A DNA stretch of 64,000 nt, taken from NCBI GenBank assembly GCA_964016885.1, contig OZ024762.1, positions 24,924,001 to 24,988,000 of the forward strand, in the 5' to 3' direction. Positions 50,611 to 64,000 of the stretch are shown in pieces. Both the position numbers and the translations under genes were made by a program. The notes below the pieces were generated by a model. The model saw only the letters and a program-made list of their open reading frames with translations. It was not told where the DNA came from and searched no databases. The DNA is from Eledone cirrhosa. Lineage: Eukaryota. How positions within the stretch are numbered: the first letter of the stretch is position 1; the number at the start of each line of letters is the position of its first letter.

Positions 50611-50758
<148 letters not shown>

Positions 50759-50810
50759 TATATATATATTTATATATATTTATATGTATATATATATATA
50801 TATACATATA

Positions 50811-50863
<53 letters not shown>

Positions 50864-50872
<9 letters not shown>

Positions 50873-51404
50873 TAAACAAATAATGAATAAACAATTCCTT
50901 ATATTAAACAAAAAAAGTTCATTATTTAACGATCGTTTCTAGGGTATATATGTGTTATAATTGGTATGCATATTCAACAGATCTATGTACAAAATTATAC
51001 AAAATTATACAAATTATCAAGATTAAATATACATACCTAACACATATATACGCCGTCTTCAGAAATAATTATTTCTGAAGACGGCGTATATATGTGTTAG
51101 GTATGTATATTTAATCTTGATAATTTATATAATTTTGTATAATTTTGTACATAGATCTGTTGAATATGCATACCAATTATAACACATATATACCCTAGAA
51201 AGGATCGTTAAATAATGAACTTTTTTTGTTTAATATAAGGAATTGTTTATTCATTATTTGTTTAATATTTTATCTTGACTCTGTATACCGTTTATCTTTC
51301 ACCGAAAGTGGTTTTTCATTACATCTCTTCTTTCCATGATATCCGGAATACATTGAGTTCTTCATACGGATTGGACACTACCGTAAACTCTTGGTAGATT
51401 TATC

Positions 51405-51408
<4 letters not shown>
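50864..51408. mobile_element. 410-bp near-perfect palindrome (50864-51273) made of two back-to-back HHRs with ~115-nt stem II
   Basis: ATTATTT-CTGAAGA-long hairpin-GAAA-(C/G)GATCG-TT-AAATAAT at 51068-51216 (+) and 50921-51069 (-). Confidence 0.8.
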
Positions 51409-51446
<38 letters not shown>

Positions 51447-51469
51447 CATATATATATATATATATGTGT

Positions 51470-51517
<48 letters not shown>

Positions 51518-51937
51518 GTGTGTCTGTGTATATATATATATATACACGGAAAAAGAGAGAGAGAGAGAGATGCACGCGCCCTTATTAGCATCAATGCGAA
51601 AGTGGGTACGTATATAGAGACGGTGATAGGGCAATTTGTATGTCAATGCTTAGGGTCAGTGGGGTAAAAAGTTAAAAGTAATTGTATTTATTGGAATCCG
51701 TTATTGATTATTTATCGAAGAATCGATACCAACATCTCTGATACGCAATCTGTGATAACTGCAATTATGCGATTCGGTTCGATTTGAATAAGATTTGGAC
51801 AGGCAGTTTGACATATTGATGTGAGTATGTGTGTATGTATGTATGTATCTTTGTGAGTATGTATGTATGTGTGTTTGTACGTAATAATGTATGTATATAT
51901 TTACGTATCTATGGATGTATATATATATGTATGTCTC

Positions 51938-52163
<226 letters not shown>

Positions 52164-52508
52164 ACAGATTTCATATAATAACGTAATAACGTAATAACGT
52201 TGACTTCTCTGTATGGCGTCCATTCTACGCTAATGTGTATCAGTATGTGTTTCACTGAGAAGAAACGGCGCTTCATTAGCGCATGCGCACGAGTATACAT
52301 CAAACGGGTGTATGCGCGTATGCATTTCAGTTTAATAGTCGGAAATTAGTATGGAGATTGCTAGACAGATTGATAGATTGATAGAAATCGATATCGATTG
52401 ACATATATCAATGGGAATGAGTTTTCATGAGTGTAAGAGGGAAAGTAGGATCCTTTCTAAGTCAATGTATGTACAGAGACACACACGTGCATACATATAT
52501 ACATACAT

Positions 52509-52562
<54 letters not shown>

Positions 52563-52566
<4 letters not shown>

Positions 52567-52765
52567 CGAAGGAAATGTGGTAAGGAACCAGCTGGACCAT
52601 AACGCACCAAAGTACTCAATACTTAGGGTAGTAGAGTGGGTAATAGGAACAAGTAAGACCCCGACGGCTGAGCTCAAGCCGTTTCGACGGCTAATTCTGG
52701 ACTGAATTCAGTCCAGAATTAGCCGTCGAAACGGCTTGAGCTCAGCCGTCGGGGTCTTACTTGTT

Positions 52766-52770
<5 letters not shown>
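52563..52770. mobile_element. Family B element with perfect 128-bp palindrome 52643-52770
   Basis: Palindrome centred on GAATTC at 52704-52709. (TA)n on both sides. Confidence 0.85.
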
Positions 52771-52800
<30 letters not shown>

Positions 52801-52844
52801 AAAAATATATATATATATGTTTATTTATATATTCCATTCTATTC

Positions 52845-53050
52845 TAAGGCGGGTAACATTCCCGAGATCCATGGACGAGTTCTCTCCAGCGGTCTCTGTC
52901 CCTCATTATCGCTGCCATGTGCTGCGTCTCCAACAGACCAGTGTCTGTCCTTAGGGCATCAACATACGTTAACCTTGGTCTTCCTCTTCCAGTGTGTCCA
53001 TGTAGGGGCTCCCAAAGGAGCACTGAGTGCAATGTCAACTCTGGATGTCG
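52845..53050 (-). mobile_element. RTE 3'-terminal fragment
   Basis: [38 protein letters not shown]; same family as 5876-8823. Confidence 0.9.
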
Positions 53051-53066
53051 GTATATATATATATTT

Positions 53067-53902
53067 TTCAAAATATTAATAAATGAAGACGTTCACATAA
53101 CCAAATATATGTTTTATTATATATATTTCGGAGGTACTGTGCTGTTTTGTTCAGTACGTCCTCATCAGATAAAATATGTGAATTGACGTATGACATACCT
53201 CAACTGTCTTCAGTTCCAGTATTGGCAGTGATTTATTACAACTAATCTCAATATTTATATACCACAAATAATAACATGATAAACTTAAATATGAAGAAGA
53301 GGAGGATGTGGAACAAGATGTAGGTACAAGGAGGGGGGTGAGTATGAAAAATGTTAAAAGAGATAAAGAGAGAGAGAGAGAGAGATACATAGAAGAGAAG
53401 AGAGAAAATATTAAGTCAAACGGAAGTGACTTAATATTTAAAAACAACGGTCATGCATCATGTCGCTCTCTTCTTTCTTTCTTTCTTTCATTGTTTCCTT
53501 TTCGTGGTTACGTCTTCCCTCTTCTCTCTCTCTCTCTCCTTCTATCTTATCTTATTTTTTCTCTCTTTTTCTCTCTTCTCTTCTATGTATCTCTCTCTCT
53601 CTCTTTATCTCTTTTAACATTTTTCATACTCACCCCCTCCTTGTACCTACATCTTGTTCCACAGCCTCTTCTTCATCATATTTAAGTTTATCATGTTATT
53701 ATTTGTGGTAAATAAATATTGAGATTAGTTGTAATAAATCACTGCCAATACTGGAACTGAAGACAGTTGAGGTATCTCATACGTCAATTCACATATTTTA
53801 TCTGATGAGGACGTACTGAAAAAACAGCACAGAACCTCCGAAATATATATAATAAAACATATATTTGGTTATGTAAACGTATTCATTTATTAATATTTTG
53901 AA
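53067..53902. mobile_element. Long inverted repeat (~340-bp arms) with an HHR in each arm (family C-like)
   Basis: 53796-53857 (+) and 53112-53174 (-): TTTTAT-CTGATGA-GGACGTACTG..CAG(T/A)ACCTCC-GAAA-TATATA-TA-ATAAAA. Confidence 0.82.
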
Positions 53903-54190
53903 TAATATTACTAACTCCAGAAAACTTACTTGTAGAGTGCTTTTAATCTATTGTAAAACTATATTCATTGAGTAATCAATGAATCATATTAATCTTTGGT
54001 CATATATATATATATATAGATAGATAGATATATAAATATACACGGGTGTGTATGATTGTGTATAGAAGACTATATTAATAAAAGGAATTCCAACTTTATC
54101 AGATTTACTCGTTTTATTTACAATCCATTAAAATTTTTAATGGTATTATAATGAAATAGTATGATAGAATATTAAATGTTAAGTGTTAAT

Positions 54191-54229
54191 TGAACAAGTG
54201 CTTTCATGCTTTCGCAATCTTCAGGTTCA
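54191..54229 (-). ncRNA. 39-nt minimal type I HHR
   Basis: TGAAC-CTGAAGA-TTGCGAAAGCAT-GAAA-GCAC-TT-GTTCA. Confidence 0.7.
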
Positions 54230-54261
54230 TAATGTGTGGTGACAGTCAAGTTTGCAATTTT

Positions 54262-54307
<46 letters not shown>

Positions 54308-54444
54308 CAAATTAGATTTTTGTTTTTAGAATCCAATATCAATAAATACACCAGGATTTTTTCATTCTGATGATTGAAAGCAAACTTTTTTGCTTTTAAG
54401 AAACCACTGGTAAATGGAATAATTGCCTTATGTTGTTTATTACA

Positions 54445-54486
<42 letters not shown>

Positions 54487-54493
<7 letters not shown>

Positions 54494-56483
54494 TTTATAT
54501 GAGCCGCCAGTGTCCGCGCATTGCCTGGAGACTTAACTGAGAATAGACTTCCTGATGACGCAATGAATTCTCGACAGTTGGATTACGTAACTGTCTTTAT
54601 CCCATTGCAGAAACTAATTAGTTGGAGTGAAAATTTAAGTAAGAAAAAAATTTTTTTTAAATTTTTTTTTTTTTTTTTTTTTTAAAAAAATATTTTCTTA
54701 TTTTACGTCCTTTATATTATTGTTCTGCATTCTCCTGCATTGAACCACCTAGGTACTATGACATAACCTGTGTATTTGCTGGCATGGGCGTGCATCTGTG
54801 CGCTTATGTTAGTTGATATATTAAATTATCTATATTTATCTCCAAATCACTGATTTGTCGAGCAAACTTGTCAAAACCACTTCTAAAAAAATTTTTTTTG
54901 GGGTGTTAGTAGGCGTCAGTCATCTTACCATCCCATTCCTTCTAACTAGCCTCTGTGTCACGTGATTGATTCTTTAGAATCGGCCATTTGACTTGAAGCA
55001 GTGAGAATTTCGGTACATAGAATCCAGTCCTCGCAAGCTGTTCGATCTACCGAATTATTATTATTTTTATATGAGCCGCCAGTGTCCGCGCATTGCCTGG
55101 AGACTTAACTGAGAATAGACTTCCTGATGACGCAATGAATTCTCGACAGTTGGATTACGTAACTGTCTTTATCCCATTGCAGAAACTAATTAGTTGGAGT
55201 GAAAATTTAAGTAAGAAAAAAAATATTTTCTTATTTTACGTCCTTTATATTATTGTTCTGCATTCTCCTGCATTGAACCACCTAGGTACTATGACATAAC
55301 CTGTGTATTTGCTGGCATGGGCGTGCATCTGTGCGCTTATGTTAGTTGATATATTAAATTATCTATATTTATCTCCAAATCACTGATTTGTCGAGCAAAC
55401 TTGTCAAAACCACTTCTAAAAAAATTTTTTTTGGGGTGTTAGTAGGCGTCAGTCATCTTACCATCCCATTCCTTCTAACTAGCCTCTGTGTCACGTGATT
55501 GATTCTTTAGAATCGGCCATTTGACTTGAAGCAGTGAGAATTTCGGTACATAGAATCCAGTCCTCGCAAGCTGTTCGATCTACCGAATTATTATTATTTT
55601 TATATGAGCCGCCAGTGTCCGCGCATTGCCTGGAGACTTAACTGAGAATAGACTTCCTGATGACGCAATGAATTCTCGACAGTTGGATTACGTAACTGTC
55701 TTTATCCCATTGCAGAAACTAATTAGTTGGAGTGAAAATTTAAGTAAGAAAAAAATTTTTTTAAAATTTTTTTTTTTTAAAAAATATTTTCTTATTTTAC
55801 GTCCTTTATATTATTGTTCTGCATTCTCCTGCATTGAACCACCTAGGTACTATGACATAACCTGTGTATTTGCTGGCATGGGCGTGCATCTGTGCGCTTA
55901 TGTTAGTTGATATATTAAATTATCTATATTTATCTCCAAATCACTGATTTGTCGAGCAAACTTGTCAAAACCACTTCTAAAAAAATTTTTTTTGGGGTGT
56001 TAGTAGGCGTCAGTCATCTTACCATCCCATTCCTTCTAACTAGCCTCTGTGTCACGTGATTGATTCTTTAGAATCGGCCATTTGACTTGAAGCAGTGAGA
56101 ATTTCGGTACATAGAATCCAGTCCTCGCAAGCTGTTCGATCTACCGAATTATTATTATTTTTATATGAGCCGCCAGTGTCCGCGCATTGCCTGGAGACTT
56201 AACTGAGAATAGACTTCCTGATGACGCAATGAATTCTCGACAGTTGGATTACGTAACTGTCTTTATCCCATTGCAGAAACTAATTAGTTGGAGTGAAAAT
56301 TTAAGTAAGAAAAAAATTTTTTTTAAATTTTTTTTTTTTAAAAAATATTTTCTTATTTTACGTCCTTTATATTATTGTTCTGCATTCTCCTGCATTGAAC
56401 CACCTAGGTACTATGACATAACCTGTGTATTTGCTGGCATGGGCGTGCATCTGTGCGCTTATGTTAGTTGATATATTAAATTA

Positions 56484-56490
<7 letters not shown>
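54487..56490 (+). mobile_element. Retrozyme/pLTR-like tandem array: ~3.6 copies of a 533-572-bp unit, one HHR per unit
   Basis: HHR ACTTC-CTGATGA-CGCAATG..GACAGTT..AACTGTC..CATTGCA-GAAA-CTAATTAG-TT-GGAGT at 54547, 55119, 55652 and 56213. Units differ only in a poly-A/poly-T tract. (TA)n flanks. Confidence 0.85.
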
Positions 56491-56538
<48 letters not shown>

Positions 56539-57201
56539 ATATATATAGCTTATATACATGCATATCTAAATACATATATACATAAGTATATAGATGCATA
56601 TGGGTATATACAAGTACATACATGAATACACATACGTGAATACATATGTATAGATATATATATGCATAAGCACTTGCTTAAACATATATACATGCATATA
56701 TAGGCACAAACAGGCACATATATACATATATACACACGCACCCATAGATACATATATACATATATATATTAATACATACATGCTTCTGTGTGTGTGTGTG
56801 TGTGTGTGTGTGTACATATGTGTGTGTGTGTGTGTGTGTATGTGTGTGTGTGAGTCTGTATATGGGCCTTTGCTTTTGCGTGTGTGTGTGTTTGTGCGTT
56901 TCTGCCTTTATACGAGTGTGTTTACGTTTTCTGTTAGTTCATTCCTTTTCTGAAGCTCTTTGAATAAATTAGTCCTGATATCTATATGGTATACGAAATT
57001 CCTCCACAATAGGACTCCAGTATGGCCAGAGTCGAATGATATATATAGATATACATTTACACACGCAAGCACAAATATATATATGAATGTTAGTATTTAT
57101 GTATATATATATATATATATATACACATGCATACACATCGAGTGCTCACCCATGTGAACCTACAGTAACCTATATTTATATATATGTTATATGTTTATGT
57201 T

Positions 57202-57246
<45 letters not shown>

Positions 57247-57296
57247 ATGAAAAATTGAACAGGGACAGAACAGAGAGGCAGTACAATAAAAGTTTA

Positions 57297-57344
<48 letters not shown>

Positions 57345-57489
57345 AGTAGCAGGAACAATATTAAACATCAAAGATGGAAGACTTACGTAACGTCTAGTGC
57401 TTTTCCACGAATACGTCATTATTAACTATATATGGAATTATCATTTCTATCAACCAAACGTAAATGAATATTTATATATATATATACAT

Positions 57490-57599
<110 letters not shown>

Positions 57600-58318
57600 T
57601 ATATATGTTATATATATATATAATTATATGTATATATATGGTGGCTTTCAACTCGTTTTCGAGTACGGCCACTACTTTATATCCATATAGGAGAACCCCT
57701 ACCGATGCGCTGAACGAGTGTGACTTTTTAGTCCAGCCAGCGACTTGAAAATTCTGGTACAAACACTACACTTGTGACAATTATTGACACATAGTGCTGG
57801 GCCCATGGTACCATGTAATTACAAGTGTAGAGAGATCTCCAGATACAAAGCAATGCATGTGCCGTGAAGCTTTTATAGTGAGCAAAGGCACTGCACAAAG
57901 CCAGTCCCACTCTCTTAACCAAGATGATATTTACCAAAAAGAAGAACAAGTCAACATCATTGGATAGCATCAGGGTTGCAGGTGTTATATCAGAGTTTTC
58001 CTTCTCCTAGAATTCTACCATGACAAAGGCTAAGGGGTCATCTCTCCCGGTGATTTTGGATGGCCATTGACTCTTAAGAGCTCCTTTGCCCTTTGACAGG
58101 TTTTGTTTTTATTCCTGCAGGATGTCCAAAGTCACCCTCCTCACCAAGAAACCTTGGTGGGGTTGCCAGTTTAGTCGCCAACCACCCGACCATGAACCAG
58201 GTTGTACTGGGATACATGTTACCACTAGCAGCAACTGTATATATGCATATATACAGTTGGTGCTACTATATATGCACACATACATACATATATACATACA
58301 TATATATATATATACATA

Positions 58319-58412
<94 letters not shown>

Positions 58413-58718
58413 CACACATACACACATACATATATATATATTTATATATCCGCATGTGGATGACGGCTATGCAAAAAGTGTACTCAATACTCAAGTAGTG
58501 TTTTAATATACATTATAAGTAGTTTCTACACTATGAGCCATTCTTGCTTTGAAACGGAGTGCTGAAATGGCAGGAGATCACCTGCAAGGCAGAAACTCAT
58601 TATCGGACCTACACTCTACTTCAATTAGTATCGACTACTAAGCTAATCAAATACTTTACTCATCTAAAGTATCTCTCTCTCTCTTTATATATATATATAT
58701 GTATACGCACACAGACCT

Positions 58719-58779
<61 letters not shown>

Positions 58780-58782
58780 TAA

Positions 58783-58815
<33 letters not shown>

Positions 58816-58906
58816 TAAATATACATATATATATATATATAGAGAGAGAGAGATAAATATACATATATATATATATATTGGGAAAATTAACTGTCCGATT
58901 GAGTTT

Positions 58907-58986
58907 GTCTCCTGATGAGTTCGTTACTCTAGATTCATCCTTACTAATAGGATATCTCAAAATACGGACGAAACCATGGTAGAGAT
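58907..58986 (+). ncRNA. Type I HHR, stem III CCATGG
   Basis: GTCTC-CTGATGA-GTTCGT...ACGGAC-GAAA-CCATGG-TA-GAGAT; canonical G-C closing pair of stem II. Confidence 0.8.
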
Positions 58987-59352
58987 GTAATTACGGTATG
59001 TATACGTTTCTTCTAACTTTAAATTTATACCTAATTGTGTATGGTTGACGGTATATTTAGTCAGTTTCTACATGCTGTTGAAATGTTGGGTAAATATTCT
59101 ATTGCTGGTACCGCGAAGAGGCCTTGTCAGCTTTATCTCCCTCTGTTTGCCGAAATTTTAGTAAGTGAGTCTGTCACTACTCTAAAACAATAGCATAAGG
59201 TCTTCGAAATGCTTTTAATTAAGCATACAGTGTATTGCAAAATACACTATATATACATTCATATATATATATATATATATATACATACGTATATATACAA
59301 ATATATAGGCATATATAGATAGATAAACATATATAAATAGACACACACACAC

Positions 59353-59399
<47 letters not shown>

Positions 59400-59484
59400 T
59401 ACGTATACATATATGTATCTATCTATCTATCTATCTATAAAGATATATATATATAGAGAGATAGATAGATAGATACATATATGT

Positions 59485-59573
<89 letters not shown>

Positions 59574-59973
59574 CATACCTATATACATATATTTACATAC
59601 ATATATACATATATACATATATTTACATACATATATACATATATACATATATTTACATATATAAATATGAAATTGGCTAAGCTAAGAATATGCTCCTTAC
59701 GTTAATCTATACCAGTATTATGAACACTCTGAACACGGCGCGAAATAGTTTCCAGGCTAAATATGAAGGAAGGAAATATTCAGTTTCTGTTACATTGGTT
59801 CTCTATTTCTTGTTTCTGGCATAGAACACAACTTACAAGTCACTCAGCATGAATGGAGGCTATATAGTAAGAGCAATTCTTGCACGATCTCTGAACTATA
59901 AAATGGCGTCTACTTATCTCCCCAGCGGCTATTGTGTCCATATCGCAAACTCTTTATTAAATAGTGACCTCGT

Positions 59974-60063
<90 letters not shown>

Positions 60064-60193
60064 TTATATGTATGCATTTATGTGTGTATGTATGTATGTA
60101 TGTATGTTTGTGTATATATATATATATATGTATATATATATAATATATATATATGTGTGTGTGTGTATATATGTATATATATATATATATATA

Positions 60194-60228
<35 letters not shown>

Positions 60229-60496
60229 TCATGTATACATATATATATATATACAAATTCATATATACCTACATATATATATATATATATATGAATATGT
60301 ATATGTATGTATATATATGTATTCATGTATATCTATATATATATATATAAGTATATATATATATATATATATGTATTCATGTATATATTTATGTATATAC
60401 AAATTTATATATATATACATATATATGTATATATATATATATATGTATGTATATATATATGTTGTCTATATATATATATACATATGTATATATTTA

Positions 60497-60529
<33 letters not shown>

Positions 60530-60580
60530 TCATATATATATATATTCATATGCATATGTATATATATAAATATATATATT

Positions 60581-60633
<53 letters not shown>

Positions 60634-61004
60634 ACCGACAAAGAGACAGGTAGAAATATAGAAAGGTAGTAGTGGATATAGTTGATTATATGAAGTCAGA
60701 TATGTGACCACCTATTAGTTTTGAGGTGGTGTGTTTTGGCAACGACTTTTAAGAAACCTACTTCGCTACAAACGCTTGAGGATATACAAGATGTTGATCG
60801 AATCATAAAGTTACCGGAGAGGTAAAGAGACTGAGGATAGAATTGAATAGAAGGAGACGAGGAAGACTTCAGAGTCAAATGATGATAGATGAGGGTTATT
60901 TATTGAGCTTATAAACTTCTATGGAAATAAACTTCGTTGGTTATAACCGAACTATTTAGACATTAGCGGTACAATTTGTGTACATTTTAATTGCCCAGAT
61001 AATG

Positions 61005-61650
61005 GTTTCGGCTTTAGGCACAAGGCCAATGATTTAGGGGTGGGGAAAGTTGATTAAATTGATCTCTGTGTGTTACTTGTGCTTTATTTTATCGGCCCCT
61101 TAAGGTCGAATGGACAGATAACCTGGGCGCTATTTGAAATCAGAACGCGAATGGATGTATCTATATGCCGCGAATAATGGTGCACGACGCACTACGACGC
61201 TGGCAAGTCACCATCCTTTCTCATCTAGATCATGATTTCTGACTTAAGCAAAAGGCTAACAATTATTTGTGGAGGGGAAGTCGAATAAATGAACCCCAGT
61301 GCGTTACAGGTACTTTATTTTTTTGACATTGTCAGGATGAAAGGCAAAGCTAACCTTGGCGGGATTTGAATAGAGAACGTAAAGAGCCGTAACTCTATGC
61401 CACGGAACCGTGTGACCGACGTTCTACCGATCTTGCCAATCCACGGCTCTTTGTTACCTAGGTAATAATTGTTTCTACTTTTGGCACAAGGCCAGCAATT
61501 ATCCCAGTGAATTACTGGTACTTTATTTTATCGACCCTGTAAGGATGAAAGGCAAAGTCAACCTCTGCGGGATTTGAACTCAGACTGTAAAGGGACGTAA
61601 CTATGCTGGAAAGCATGGCGTCCGACCCTCTACAGTTACTGCCAATCCAC
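61005..61650 (-). mobile_element. Three head-to-tail SINE copies (Meta/MESC-like family)
   Basis: Repeated GGCACAAGGCC..TACTGGTACTTTATTT..GGATGAAAGGCAAAG..GGGATTTGAA blocks with differing divergence. Confidence 0.78.
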
Positions 61651-62463
61651 CAATAACTTTAAATGTAAACGAGACGATCCTCAGGTCGGTTCATGTAGAT
61701 TAAGTTTCCATTCGTTTTTAAATTGCTGAGAGTAGGATGGACTTGACTGGGCCAGACAAATGTCGCCGTGGTTCTATGGTCGATGACACCGAACTAAATC
61801 TGCTCCCTTTTCACCGGGTTGAGGTCGGTTAGCTCGACATACAACTGTGACGGGCGTCCTTACCAGCTTTGACGTGAATAGTTTCCCGTAACAACTGGAG
61901 CCTGCCAGCCTCGATTGGTCTGAGTGCAGTTGCACAGGTGTTATAGGATAACACTCTTTTAGTTAGAGGTAGGTAAATATCTCAGATGACAGGACAAGAA
62001 TTGGGACAGGTTCTCCACCGCCAGATTTTACCTAGATTAGAAATGAATAATTTATTTGGCTCCAATGGACAACAAAAAAACGAGAATTTTACTTTCGAAA
62101 AAGGATTTAGCTTCAAGATACACGTGCATATTAATGAGTAAGTAAGATGCAAGCGACTTTCATTGGCCACCTTCATCTATACATAAATTAAGAGAACAAA
62201 AGAATCTCACATTAGCCGGTAAGGTAAGATTTTTTTGTTATCTTAGCAATGTTAATTTTCTTTCTAGTGCATTGTATGGTTTTCAAAATTATTTAAATAT
62301 ATATTTTGAACTTCCTTTTCTTTTGTGTATCTATCCTTAGTGACCCTGTCTCTATATTTGTACTCCTGAAGAAGGGCTAAACCTCGACGCGTCTAACTTT
62401 CTTTCAGCATTTCCATATAAAGCGTGAAACTAATAATACTTCTTCTATCTCTGTTTATTGTTT

Positions 62464-62571
<108 letters not shown>

Positions 62572-62637
62572 ATGTGTGTGTGTGAGTGTGTGTGTATATA
62601 TGCCTATATATATGTGTGTATCTGTATATATATATAT

Positions 62638-62685
62638 AAAAGCAAAACATACCACGGCTCTCCAACTATGCCTCTCACGCCGTTA

Positions 62686-62747
<62 letters not shown>

Positions 62748-62756
62748 TATATAGGC

Positions 62757-62792
<36 letters not shown>

Positions 62793-62894
62793 GCCTATAT
62801 ATATATATGTATATATGCCTATATATATATATATATATATATGCCTAACGGCGTGAGAGGCATAGTTGGAGAGCCGTGGTATGTTTTGCTTTTT
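62638..62894. repeat. ~55-bp perfect inverted repeats around a (TA)n spacer
   Basis: AAAAGCAAAACATACCACGGCTCTCCAACTATGCCTCTCACGCCGTTAGGCAT and its reverse complement at 62841-62894. Confidence 0.88.
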
Positions 62895-63103
62895 TCTATA
62901 TATTGTTTTAGTGTCAAGGGAAATAACTATTCTGAGTAAGTTAAGAACGTATGAAAACGAGTTAAAATTATTATTATTATTATTATTAATATTATTATCA
63001 TTATTATTTTTTAATATTGTTGTTGTTGTTGGTGTTGTTATTGTTGTTGTGATTATTATTATTATTATTATTATTATTATTGTTGTTGTTGTTGTTGTTG
63101 TTA

Positions 63104-63152
<49 letters not shown>

Positions 63153-63444
63153 CATTATTGTTGTTGTTGTTGTTATTATTATTATTATTATTTTTATTAT
63201 TATTTTTATTATTATTAAGCAAGAATTGCCACAGAGACTGTTGTAGTGTTTGTGTATCGTTTATTTATATATTTCTGTATTTTTTTCAAAACAATAGAAT
63301 TATATTAGAAAACGGTACAGCGTAGAAGATATCATGGTAGATTATTATTTATAGATCTTTACGGTTCGGTGACTAAATTCATTTATCTGTATATACAACC
63401 ATCTATCCAGATATATATATATATATAGATAGACACAGACACAA

Positions 63445-63484
<40 letters not shown>

Positions 63485-63525
63485 TATTTATAATTATACC
63501 TATATTATTTATCTATACATATACA

Positions 63526-63644
<119 letters not shown>

Positions 63645-63840
63645 TTCGTTTTTTAATTTGTTTTGCAAGATTTCTCATCTGAGAACGTGTGTTTTTATTC
63701 GCAGCATGACCCTCCCAACGTATAACAACTTATATATATATATATATATGCAAAAGTTCTATTTAAATTGTTGGGATACAACAAGCAAATATTTTTATAA
63801 CTGATACAAAGCACTCGACAAGTATTTGGAGTAAATATAC

Positions 63841-63985
63841 GATATTAACAAATGGAAACTATATTTATAAAACCATATCTATTTTATTATACATATTTCA
63901 AGGATACCATGTTAAATGATGGTATGCTTTCATCAGATAAAACACAATATATACCAGTTTTATAAATAAATATTGACATACCCTT
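63841..63985 (-). mobile_element. Family C element with HHR at 63882-63942
   Basis: Minus strand: TTTTAT-CTGATGA-AAGCATACCAT..ATGGTATCCTT-GAAA-TATGTA-TA-ATAAAA. Flanks homologous to 48779-49148. Confidence 0.75.
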
Positions 63986-64000
63986 TCAAAATGCAACCGT

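Noticed and set aside
55093-56471. Repeated 68-94 aa ORFs in the tandem units
   Set aside because: TTG start, frame changes with homopolymer length between units, and no recognisable domain.
57960-58235. Possible LINE 5' UTR fragment with hairpin CACCAAG..CTTGGTG
   Set aside because: The resemblance is from memory only and there is no adjoining ORF. Needs a repeat-library search.
59101-59232. HHR-like three-stem arrangement ending GAAA-TGCTT..AAGCA-TA-CAG
   Set aside because: The core position reads GTACCGC rather than CTGANGA.
61660-62240. Non-repetitive, moderately GC-rich stretch with a donor-like AAGGTAAG near 62223
   Set aside because: No recognisable coding frame or homology could be supported by eye.
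62363-62397. CTGAAGA-AGG..CCT-CGACGCGTC, plus similar remnants near 9090-9130, 15100-15125, 41595-41685 and 56970-57017
   Set aside because: GAAA or CUGANGA is incomplete. Plausible decayed HHRs but not counted.

Overview
Gene-poor, AT-rich animal DNA dominated by (TA)n and other microsatellites. The repeat landscape resembles an octopus/cephalopod genome (inference). I can support no host protein-coding gene; most ORFs in the track are translated microsatellites. Recognisable retroelements: three Penelope-like element (PLE) pieces (RT and GIY-YIG), RTE LINEs, a near full-length Tx1/L1-type element plus a second Tx1 fragment in (GATA)n, a CR1-type LINE and many tRNA-derived SINEs. Tandem repeats: an 11-kb (GGT)-based satellite, a 107-bp satellite made from RTE coding sequence and a 13-copy 73-bp hairpin array. 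The main hidden structure is about 20 minimal type I hammerhead ribozyme (HHR) motifs, read by eye, from at least eight apparently unrelated families. They sit in short non-coding islands between (TA)n tracts, and most carry a family-specific palindromic stem III. They occur as a retrozyme-like tandem array (54.5-56.5 kb), as fold-back inverted pairs, or as solo units. The PLE at the left end has a U-UUU-UUA slippery heptamer placed exactly to join its upstream ORF to the RT frame by a -1 frameshift. All folds were worked out by hand and no database searches were run.
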